Source: Balanoglossus misakiensis (taxonomy: Eukaryota; Animalia; Hemichordata). Taken from it: a stretch of 64,000 nucleotides of DNA. The position numbers and the translations under genes were made by a program. Shown here piece after piece: positions 14,601-25,769 of the stretch (its first letter is position 1; each line of letters opens with the position of its first letter). The notes beneath the pieces were generated by a model. The model was not told where the DNA came from. It worked only from the letters and a program-made list of their open reading frames with translations, and made no database searches. The stretch is taken from the NCBI GenBank assembly GCA_040954595.2, contig CM082579.2, forward strand, positions 6,685,625-6,749,624, read 5' to 3'.

Positions 14601-14821
14601 CTGTGATCGCATCGTATTCGTAACAGTCCGAGAAGTCAGTTGGCTCGGCGGCGCTTGGCAGTGTCAATGTTTTGATCTGTTCACGGGCGGCGCGGCGTGC
14701 GCGTTCGAATGTGTATTGCGCAAACAACGCAACACGCGTGGCACCGTCCATCGGTTTTTATCATAAAAAAGATCGTATCACCTGCATGGCATCAAGAATA
14801 ATGTCTCAGCAAACGTTCAGT

Positions 14822-15460
14822 CTATTCTTGCGACCGCGAAGTGTCAGCCAATCTCTGTAGCCTGTTCAGCGCGTGCCTGTTGATGCCGAGACCGAGGTTC
14901 GTGAGGCTGTTTTTCCTGATTTCGATGGACTTCCTCTTGCTCCTGGTTTTCAAGCATTCTTTCGCTATTCTACAATCGTCGGCTTCTTCTTCCTCCTCCT
15001 CCTCCTCGAGCTCCTCCGTTAATTCGTCGAGTCTCGGCAAGATGCTGGTGGCCGAGCGCAGGGGAGACAGCGGGGTGACCCGCATAGCAGCTATCCAGTC
15101 GTCTCGGTCCGCCTCGCTCTCTGCCGTGAAAACCAGCGGGTTTCCGTCGCCGTGCTTGGACGCCACGATGAAACTGCGGCTGTTGTGGTCGTCGAGCTTG
15201 TCCACCCTGCAGTTGCGAAGCTTGAGGAAACCGCACGAGTTGCAGAATTTCTTCTCCTGGTAGAAGACCACGAACGGGTCTATGGCTCTGCCGTGCACCT
15301 TGACGACCAGGCGACGGGGACGAGCCGGGCCACCCTGGCCTATTATCAGCGTGCCGCATTTGGTCTCGCTGCCCGGGCTGCCGGGCGACTGGTAGCCGCA
15401 GTTGTCGGCGTTCTCCGTGTTGCACATCTCGATCAGGTGGCTGGATAATGCTGAACACAT
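14822..15460 (-). CDS. Intronless PH-domain-containing protein, paralog 1 (212 aa)
   Basis: GC-rich single ORF. PH-like pattern: TKCGTL in beta1, GFLKLRNCRV, SFIV, and C-terminal helix LVFTAESEADRDDWIAAM. Clearly similar to the 40816-41397 protein. Acidic poly-E tract after the domain. Confidence 0.85.
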   Translation of the reverse strand: MCSALSSHLIEMCNTENADNCGYQSPGSPGSETKCGTLIIGQGGPARPRRLVVKVHGRAIDPFVVFYQEKKFCNSCGFLKLRNCRVDKLDDHNSRSFIVASKHGDGNPLVFTAESEADRDDWIAAMRVTPLSPLRSATSILPRLDELTEELEEEEEEEEADDCRIAKECLKTRSKRKSIEIRKNSLTNLGLGINRHALNRLQRLADTSRSQE

Positions 15461-15654
15461 AATAAAACGGGATACGATTTCGGATTGTAGAAATTCACCG
15501 AATCGTTCAAAGCAGTGGTACTAGTGACTGGTAAGTCGTTGTCTGGCTGGTTCGCAGGTAATGTGATTTGAGCGTACACTGTGCTGTCTGTACGTGTGTA
15601 ACTGGTCTACATGTATCGCAGCAAGTGACTGTTCTGCTTACAACCGGCCAAGCT

Positions 15655-15815
15655 TCTCCTTTTATTTGCTCGTAAGAACCTCACAAGGTCAACGCCTCCT
15701 GCATAGACTGGAGGCAATCCGTAAACATGTTTACTCATCCAGTCATACATTATCGACCTGACGTCTGATTGGCCGAGAGACCCGTCTTCGACCCCTTGCC
15801 AGTTGACGTCAGCTT
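15655..15815 (-). promoter_or_regulatory. Probable proximal promoter of PH paralog 1
   Basis: TATA-like AAATAAAAGG on minus strand (15658-15667, ~200 bp above ATG). Palindromic double forkhead site GTAAACATGTTTAC (15721-15734), CCAAT box (~15768-15772) and full CRE TGACGTCA (15804-15811). Confidence 0.55.
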
Positions 15816-16403
15816 AGCTAATGATAATGTATGAATAACAGGAAAGCTCGTAAAGAATATCGATACAGCTGCTGCGCTACTCATCGATACCGTTATATAC
15901 ATTTTCCAGTTTTCGAGTTTCGAAGGGAAATACCCCGCGCTTTTTTTCTGAAAAGAAAACTGCTTTGCTGTGCAACGACGAACTTGAACTTGTCGTCAAA
16001 ATGTGATGTTCACGTGCGTAAGCTTTTCTGTTCAAAAGTTCTACTGACGTCCGTAGCTGCCCCCACCGCCATCAACGGAGTTATTTATTTATTTTTCGTT
16101 GTTGGAGGGGAGTTATCAATCATCACCAATAAAATTAATTGCTCGTGGCGTATGATAGCGATCGCGGTAGACGGTGTAGCAAAATACATACTCCAATGCG
16201 GTCGTTGAACGATCGTCCATCAGCAGCAGGCCACGTTATCAGCTGACTGGGTGATAATGCACCGAGACCGACGCGTGCTGGCGTGAGACTTACAAGAAGC
16301 GCAAAAGCCTCGTTAACCCGATGAATCACGGTCACTCCAGACCGTGGATGAATATTGAAAATGACACGGTGGTTGGTGGCGGTTTCGGGGAAGTTGCGAT
16401 CAT

Positions 16404-16531
<128 letters not shown>

Positions 16532-19500
16532 AGAGAGAGAGATGGGGGGGGGGAGAGTTTACTTGAATTCGTCGGACAAAAAAAGAAATCAAAAAGCGAT
16601 TGAGCCTACGCTTGGTTCTGTATATAAAATGCTCCGCTACAAAATATGTGTAGCTTTACAGAATATAGTTGTAGTGGCTTGAGCACATACGTGACTTCGC
16701 CAGGATCAGCGGTTGTTTGCCAACGCCCACTGACTGATCTACTTGCACGTTTACATCTCATACATAACGAATTATTTGAAACAGAGGTGGTGGTGGGGGG
16801 AGGGTAAATGTCTTGAGTGGAATTATCAGATGATATTTTTTTTTAATATTTAAAGCTGAGTAGTGATGAGCAAGGTTTTCTCGCTCTTCAAGTATCCCGT
16901 CGACTTCCCTTCACCGCAATTAACCGTTACTGTGAAGTGAGACCCGGCAACTCTTCGATAATTCTGACCCCCACATGCCTCTGCGATTGTACAACACGTT
17001 TCTGGTAATCGGCGACAGTTTATAACCAACTGTAAATGCTGCGGTCCCCAGAAGATACCCTGAATCATCATGGGCGTAGGCATCGCCGAGTTTCCCGCCC
17101 TGACGACGGCATTCTGCTGAAGAACGCCGGTGAGCACGTCCGAGAGAATGCCGTCCGGTGTAGATGAAACGAGCCGCATGGGGGCGCGCACACAGTGGAA
17201 AATAATTTCAGTCAGTTTGCTGTACTGACAGTGGAGATGGGAGAGCATGGCTGGGAAACGGGCTGTTCACATTGCACACGCATACCGAATGATCTTGTCT
17301 TGTGGAAATCAGATAGCTTCCTGGAAATTAGTTTTGTCAAATCACATTTGAGCGGCTATGAGTAATTCATACTACTCAAGAGAGTTTAACCTTTCAAGAG
17401 AGAAATGTGTGTATATCCATCACCTCAAACATGGCCGTCTCCAGTGTCCAAGTGCTGAAGTATGAGCCTGTAATGTAACTAGTACATTGTAAAAATAACC
17501 CAAAGATTATGCCATTATATAAAACTGCATGGCTAGAATTCCCCTCGAAGACTGTCCCAAAATACCACTCATAATAACAGAAAACCGTTGTCCTGCGACT
17601 CAAATTCTCTCTTCTCATTTCGTCGAATGAATGAATGGATGAATGGATGGATGGATGAATAAAATAAAATAAATAAATAAATAAATAAGAATAGAACCAT
17701 GTCTAAGATTTAAGTCGTGAATCCAGGCCAGTGAGATTATGTATGGATAACCCGGCTTACTTGGCTTTTCTTAAATGCTACTCCCAGCCAGAAAAAAAAG
17801 AAAAGACGTGTTTCATAATTGATCAAGACAAAGCCCCATTTTTTCTCAGAACAGAAGCTCATTGCATATTACACGGAAGCTGACTGCCTCTCCAGAAGGA
17901 GGTCAGAGTCTTCCAGTCAGTGCAGGCTGAGATGATCCGACGGAGAATTTCCACGAATCCGTGCGTACGTGTGGACTTTCGCATGATCTCGCTGCAAGTG
18001 AGGGAAACTCTGTCGAACTCGGGCGGGCACTTGACTGGCTAATACTAGTAACAGTGCATGTGCGGGGGGGGGGGGACTTCCTAAATGCATCTATGCTTCA
18101 TCCATAATAGCGGCATCGTTGAACGTGTGTGACAGGTGGTAAGGCTACTTTCATGAGCGTGCAGACACGGTCCAACGCACGTAGGCAGCCTGACCGACCA
18201 GCAGTGGCGCGTTGAGGCTCGGCTATAGCTTAGTGTTGACGCTAGCCTATCAAATCAAGCGGGTTACGATGAAATGGCGCTGTAGTTTTGTTTTCAGAGT
18301 TTAATAAACCAGCGACGTCTGGATTGCTTGACGCAGAAGCTAACTCGCTTTTTGCTATTATTAACTGTTGATAACACGTCTAGTACTAGTAGTTTACTCT
18401 TTTATCGCCTGTCGAACTCCTTTCCACGTGCCCGACCTTAATTCAAAAGTCGGTCGTGATTTTCACACCTTAGAAAGTTGCAAACCAAAGCCAAAATAAT
18501 GTCCCCCTGGTACGAATATTGTTTTGTCATATTAAACCAAGCAATGAGACAGTTTGTGCGTGCTTCTTTTCTATCCACAACCAGCAATGAAGTTTTGTTT
18601 TATCCCATGGCGATCTTCACACGCTGGAGAGAGTCGTGGGATGAAGTGTGTGCAAACGGCTTGCGTCATGTAAAATGGCGAAGAGGAAACTTTATTCTGT
18701 ATATTCACTTCAGGCGATGAAAATGCTGTCACCAATGCTCCGGCATTTGAACAAAAATGAAATGTCAGACATATCCAGATGATTAAAATCGACACTTCGG
18801 CGAGAAATCTCTCAAAATCTAACGTATCATGACGTCATTGACGTGCGTGTCCGTCAGCGGGAGCGTACGCTGCAATGGTGAACGCCGCGTCGTGTCTGAC
18901 GCGAGCTCCTCGACTACTTGTCGTGATGACGGGCACTTTTACCCCCGCGTAGTACTCATGACGTCCGCACGTTCACATCTCTCTCACTAAACTACACTTT
19001 TAACGGTGCGGAATTCTCGGGCCAAATCCATTTTGACTTTAACTCACAGTGAAGTCGACTTCCCAAGTCGGCAAAGTCAAAGTGTATGTGTACATGGAGA
19101 TAGCAGAAACTGCTGATGAATTGTCTTCGTTCCAACACCGATCTTGAATAGGGCATAGTTTGAGGATGATAATTGTCCGTCCGGCTATTTACAGTACAGT
19201 AAAACCCCTTGGTTTGGGTACATTTTAGGCAAGGTATGCTTAAAGCACGAAACAATATATAATCCACTGGTCCCTGGATCGCGAAACCTAACCACCACAT
19301 ATCAATATATTGAAACCGAAACTCCCCCAGGCCGACTGCACAATCAACGATGCCACAATCGATAACCTTTCTGCCATGAACACAATCACGAAGTTCTAGT
19401 CCTCCCCTTCTAAAAGCATACAATTTCCACACGTGCGACCAATAATTACACAGAGGCACGCGGCAAAAAACGACTTTGGTGACCCTAATTTAGCACCGAA

Positions 19501-21048
19501 ATAAATTTATTACAATCAATTCTAACGGGGCATCAAAACCACTGACGCATACAAGGTCAACATAGCCGTGATTTCAGAAAACTCGTTCGGTCAAAGAATG
19601 GGGTCAGTTTGTGACACGTTTTTAAAATTTAAGCCAGAAAGTAACGGGCTTGCAGTCAAAGTCTGCAAACATCAGTGTAAAGGATTGGCATTAAGATTCT
19701 TCTAAAATAAGAATGCATACATTGTATTGAGAAGAATGCACACCTATTACGCAGCTGTGTGTAGGCCGACTACAGCTGTATTGAAACTGTGACTCTGGTA
19801 TTATTCCAACCCATTTTAATATTTTGCGAAAACTGGAAAGAAATATGGATTTTCTACACTAAGTTTCAGAAAATGCAAAAAAACTGAATTTTCGCCACAC
19901 AGATACAAATTTCAAAGTGTGTAAATCTAAGGATTTCCGATGAAAGACACGGTAACCATATGGCAATCCCTAACTTTATGCTTTGATTTGAAAAGCCTGG
20001 TGTACTTGTAATAGAAATGTGTGCCTAGTAATAGAAAACGTGAGATTTTGATTTCCGATGTGCACACGTTTTACGGTGTAATTTCGCATTTACTGTGATA
20101 AGAGCGCGCTCACGTGTTTTTGGACCCGTGGCGTCACACGGGGCTTGTTTAACTTCAAGGTCTGTGGAAATCGGCAGACAAAAAGTCCGCGCTAAAACAC
20201 CTCCTTTTTATGAGCAAGCATGGTTGGTAGGCTTTCAAGGAGATTCACAGAGGCATTACCACAGTCACGCAACCGAAATTGGATGGCGCAGACAGCTGGT
20301 TCTCCTCGTCGTTAACAACTTTTTTGCGGCAACATGCATCTACTTCATGGCCGGCGTCACCATCAAGAGGTGCTTGAATGTTGTTGCGTGGCATCCAAGG
20401 AGCGGAGATAACAATCTGCCAATTAAACTAGAACGGTTGCTCCATTCTTTGATATAGTGTATCACGGCTAATAATAATTTGCTATTCTTCGACTAAAAAA
20501 ACTAAAAACTGCGCTACCATCTTGTTTCATGCAAACTCAACAGTACCGCTGGGAGAATTTTGGTCCAACCATTCGAAGACTACCCGTGGTTGGTCTAAAG
20601 CGTAAATGAAACAAAATGTTCCCTGTTTCATTCTCAACCTCACAGTGTCTGGCAAAAAAAGTCCAATAAGTGATATCAGGCGTTTCGAAAATAGTAAGCA
20701 ATCCCTGCCCCATGTTGCCACGCAACAACATTCATGCGTTTTTAAGCACCACCATCACTTGTGTGAATTCGTCAGCGTTGCTGTGCTCCTAATGGTCTTT
20801 ATTTACTCGTCAAATAACGGAACTCATTTACTCTTCTTGGGTGTTTTCACCCAACACCGGAAAAGAGAAAGTAAAAATATGAACTGAATATCCTTTCTGT
20901 GTTTTGGCTTTGTTTTTTCCGTTTTCTTGCTTCCTGGTGAGATCGTGACGCAGCAAGTGACAACGAAACAATTATGGACAGTACATCCTTAATGATTTTG
21001 GCAGGTAGCAACAAGTAATTAATTCAATATGGGTGGCACACAATCACC

Positions 21049-21198
21049 CAATCTGATTAAAATCAGGCACGACATCGTTTTTTACTTCATGCGGTACGGT
21101 ATTCTTATGCCGTCACCGGCCTCACACGTCAGGAAAAGAATACCGTACCGCGAAGTAAAAGACGTCGCCGTACTTTATATCTGATTTTAATTATGTTG
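21049..21198. mobile_element. 150-bp MITE of the same family as 2843-2911
   Basis: Begins CAATCTGATTAAAATCAG and ends CTGATTTTAATTATGTTG (degenerate TIR). Internal inverted repeat TTTTACTTC..GCGGTACGGTATTCTT / AAGAATACCGTACCGC.GAAGTAAAA. 9-bp flanks ACAATCACC (21040-21048) and ACAGTCACC (21199-21207), one mismatch. Confidence 0.8.
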
Positions 21199-24100
21199 AC
21201 AGTCACCGGCCCTTTAACAAAAACAAAATGAATCCAAATAGTAAAAAGGTCAGTCGCTTGTTTGTGTGCACATCAAAAATTAATTGGGTGTTGTCGAATT
21301 TTTGAGTGTTTTGTAAAGGTGGAAGTTAGGGATATAGAAATTTCACTCTTCATGAGGTGTAGGCCTACAGTTGCCAAGAAAAGTCGAGATTATTATTGGG
21401 GGGGGGGGGGGGAATTTGTCCCGGAGCGTGTTTCATGTGTATTATTACTGGTGACTTCGATGTTGAAATTAATTCTAATTTCACACTCAGCAATTTGGGA
21501 CTATATGCATAGATATCATCCAAATGCAGCGAAATAAGCTTCAGAAAAAGGAAATCTTCAATGAAATACCTCAGAAAACAGAAAATGATTCCATTTTAAG
21601 GATGCGACATTTAAAGCGAGAGATCAATTATAAGTCATAAACCCTCAAAAATATATATCTTCAGAAAACCTAGATGAACGGGAGCCCAACCGTGGATATC
21701 ACACACAGGCATTAATTATACATTGGTCAGGTGACATGAGTTTTTAATTAGCTACGAAAAAATCACTTTAGCTCAAAAACTACTAAGCGATTTCTGGAAG
21801 AAATTTGAATGAGCATTGACAATGGTTGAGAACTGTAACTCCTGCGCAGGACGCATGCAAGCTCAAAGTGTGCGTTCTGTCACAAAGCATTTCGCACCTG
21901 GACGACAAGGTCAGAGTGAGACGTGTGAACAGAAAGCAAATGGGAATAGCAGACTTTTACTGCAGGGATCCCAATTAACGAGAAACTACACGTTCTTCGC
22001 GATGTGCAGTTTGAATTAACCATTTCCTGTGAGATCCACGATCGCTGCTGATATGCGATTGATCTGGGCGGATATTAATACATGTGACGTTACGACAGCC
22101 GAGTTGACAAGTCACGATCATCGTAGTTCCTTATCAGTCGAAAATCACTATTAAAACTAAACTAATCAGTTTCCGTGAGACATCTTTTTGGCTGTGTGAC
22201 CTTGCATTACAATTTTTGTTTCATTTCCTTTTCGGTATCCGATCACCATATCACGCCCGTGGCGGTAGCCAGGCCCTTGTCCGTGGTGCGCATTTTCCAG
22301 GGTAGTTTATATACTGACACAGTTTTTTTCTGCGCATAAAAAAACTTAAGAAACTACAACAAGTTTAATTTTAACTTTTTTATATTTGGGAATTAAGGAA
22401 AACCCGTGATAGAGTTGTTTGCTCAAGTTGAAGGAAAAACACTGACCCAAATCATTTCATTAAGAAAAAAACTATTCAAAAATTATTGTATCGTTTTTAT
22501 ATTCGTTAACACGTTATTAAAGGCAACCACGTTGCCAGGAACTCTACATACAGGTGTCTGGAGTCGTGTCTGTATAGGTGCATAATTTGTCGAAATTTAA
22601 CGTAAATCTGTAAGCCGTGCCAATTATGGCATTTTGAAGTGAAAACATAGTTATAACTTTTGGTTATTATTTTCAGAATCAACCATGGCCGTGCACTTGT
22701 TTATGAACCATCTGAATAGCACTGTGAGAAATCATTAAACAAAATAATGCCAAAATGAGCAAGTTTGTCTTTCAGTTTTCTAGTACAGTAACTGTATACA
22801 TGGGGGCCATGTTGATAGGTTAGTTGAACAGATTGGGTTTTATCGAGGTTGTTGACCAGATATTGCAGTTGGTTATTGCATTGTAGGTCACTGGAAAGTA
22901 AGGCAAATGGAGTAATAATAAGAAGCCATGATTAGAAAATCGTTTGAGAGTGAATCACAACTTGTCACACAGAAATAAAAATGTGGCAACCGGTATTAAT
23001 TAACTGTACTGCAAACCCCCAAGGTTTTTTGGTGTGTGCCTTTCGATGGAGTTGCGAAATTATGAAGCACGTGTTCAAACTATGTAACCAGCCCATGTGA
23101 GTGAAAAGAGTGAGTCAACGATTGGCGGCGTGTTGCGTAATTAAACAGAATTCAGCGAAAAACTGGACCCTGCGCATGTATGCAGAATAATTGACATTTC
23201 GGCACGCTTGGTTGAAAATAATGTAGTCATGCGGAAACGGCAGACAAACGTTTGCGATGGCCACCAGCCAGCAAACTTTATACAAATGTATCATCAAACA
23301 CTAAGACTGGGCAGATAACGTCGGTCTAGCACCGGTGTTAGGCCTGGGCCGGCGTAAAATAACCAATGTTGACACGCTGTGTTTGGTATACATGAGTGTG
23401 CTGACGACATTATCAGCCAGCAGTCGACAATGCCAGCTGCAGGCTGAGCAATATGCATAACCTATATGGAAACAAACGCACATGTATTTGCTTTGTAATG
23501 GTGTCAACTTTACTGGAGAAGAAAACGGTCCCCAATTTTTACCAAGAAAAATAAATTCCACCCCCTGAAAACCATTCTCGCGGGGTTCCTCCACGTGGAA
23601 GTTTTAAAAATCGCAAGAGTCGCGTTTTCCAAGAAATCCCATCAGAAAATGCACGCTTCGGTGCGGAAGAAGCCAATGGGCGCAGATAACGCGCAGCTGT
23701 GAAATTCTTTCACCGCTTGTGCGGAGCTCATTTCCGCACCACTTGTAATGAAACGCTGATTCATTTTCTTTGTTTTATATATTCGACAGCAAGTGTCGAT
23801 CTCTGGTTGTTGACCGCGCCCAAGCCGGAGGGGTCCGTTTTCGCGGAACCATCCCGCCGAGAGAGACATTCCCATCTGTGGTACTAACGTTTCTTGGTAT
23901 CCAAAATGTTGTCAGACTCCGAGAAAAACAAAAAAAACATCTATAGTTCATTGGGAAAGGCGAAGGAAACTGTCATTGGAAAAAATTAGTCGCCCTTCTT
24001 GCGTTTCTGGTACATTTTGTGGCGAAGTTGTAAATTTTTGACATTTTTTTGTCGAAGTGAATTAAACCTTGGGGAAGAACCGCGACTGACCCCAGACTAA

Positions 24101-24844
24101 CACATAGATCGGTTGAGTGTTTCCCAGGTGACGATGAAGTCGCCGGTCAGTGTGACCTCGCGCGCACAGCGACAAAATAAACTTTGCAAACTATATACCT
24201 ACAATTCATTCATATTGTGCCCGTGGGCACCCAAAGTTAAACTTACATATAGCAGCCCGTGCCGCTACACGCGAATACAACGTATTTTCATGTTAGCCAC
24301 TGTCAGTTCGGGAGAAAAGCATGTGCGGCCATGTGATTCGCATTATCTTTTATATTTAGATCAATCAAGTGGTATTACAAATAAAAATAAAGTTATTTAT
24401 CGTAATTACCAAGTTAAACCGTGGGAGTATATCTGAACATGAGACTATAGCGATGCCGTACGAATGTAGAAAATAGAAATAAATGCACGGACACGTGAAT
24501 CTAAGTGTACTATGAACGTAAGCCTGTTTTGTCTGCTAATTTTTATAATGCTTGTAGCACTTCAATCAACGCACATCGCCCCCAGCCTCGTATTTGTGGA
24601 TGTAGGATCTACTCTACTCATCCCGCCATCTGCAACTAGAAATGAGCGCGGGGGCGTATCCGCGTGTATTGCCTCGTGCTTCACTCACTATACTGAGCAT
24701 ACGTTCGTTTTGGCGCGAACTCTGGTACACACGCCGGTAGATGACTACTCGAAAGTTTCCTGAATTTTACATATATTGCTTGTCAATGAATGTTAAACAC
24801 AAAAAAGAGAAAATAGGGAGTTCCCATGCTACTTATTCAGTATT

Positions 24845-25000
24845 AAAGGGGTCCCAAATATTGCGTAAAATGCAGAGTCAGCACTTCTCTTGCAGTTCTA
24901 AAATATCTGACCAACTCTATCAAAACATCAAGCGCAGTGACATATTTATTTTCCTTTATATATCATATCACTTTTGTGAAAATGTCACGAAAATGACAAT
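24845..25000. repeat. Diverged interspersed repeat, copy 2 (see 7920-8120)
   Basis: Shares colinear blocks with 7920-8120. Boundaries approximate. Confidence 0.55.
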
Positions 25001-25691
25001 TTTGTGACACTGTTTTATCAATATTACACATGCAGGCTATGGAACGTGACTCGATACTGAGCATGCGTTCGTTTCATCGCGCCCGCTGCTATACACCCCG
25101 GTCGTTAAAATGATATGACGTTTACTTTTAATACCGCTGACGCTGACTTATAGATGATTGCTGTGTCGCAGGAGACAATACGACAAGACAGTAATCAAAA
25201 GTCGAGACCGTAAACCCCTCGGCTATACACCCACGACAAAGAGTTTCCCGCCTAAATGTAAAGGTCGTTCCTTCTCTCGCGAGAACACGCGTGAAGAATG
25301 GCTGTCCTTGAGCAAATGAGAAAATATTGTTAATACGTGTAGATCCCGCCGCGTATATTTCAATAAGCGCACTTCGCTGAGCAAAGAGATTGATCGCCGA
25401 CTTTTCAAAGCACATTATTTAAGCAATCGTATTGAAAGGACGACGAATCGATTGCCATGACTCCACTCCGCGCGACTAAATGCCATAACTGTCTCGATGT
25501 TGTAATTCCTTATTGATCAAAGCATTGCGTTTTCTGGAATTGAATGGAGTGCTAACGACAGCCTTTTGCAGTTACGTCAAGTTCAAGTTTACCGCGGCAT
25601 TTCCTTTGCTCTTAAAGCCCCGGTAGCTGCCTGCAGTTTTAGCATATTTTAATCGATAACATGTTTCAATTTTCTTTATCCTAACATTTAC

Positions 25692-25769
25692 TAGCTGCAA
25701 TAATTGTAGCCTTGGTGGATTGGATGATCGCGATCACCCAACCCACCAAGGCTACAATTATTGCAGCTA
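25692..25769. mobile_element. 78-bp spacer-less palindromic micro-MITE with 9-bp TSD
   Basis: 39-bp arms TAGCTGCAATAATTGTAGCCTTGGTGGRTTGGRTGATCG with 2 mismatches and no loop. Flanked by AACATTTAC at 25683-25691 and 25770-25778. Confidence 0.85.

Noticed and set aside
14656-14663. miR-34-type 8-mer seed match (CACTGCCA on the minus strand) in the putative 3' UTR of PH paralog 1
   Set aside because: Single short match, not seen in paralog 2, and compatible with chance.
14841-15458. Overlapping ORFs of 140, 162 and 98 aa
   Set aside because: Antisense or alternative-frame shadows of the GC-rich PH-domain CDS.
16850-17248. 132-aa ATG ORF upstream of PH paralog 1, GC-rich
   Set aside because: No recognisable family and no similarity to the PH paralogs in the frames I read.
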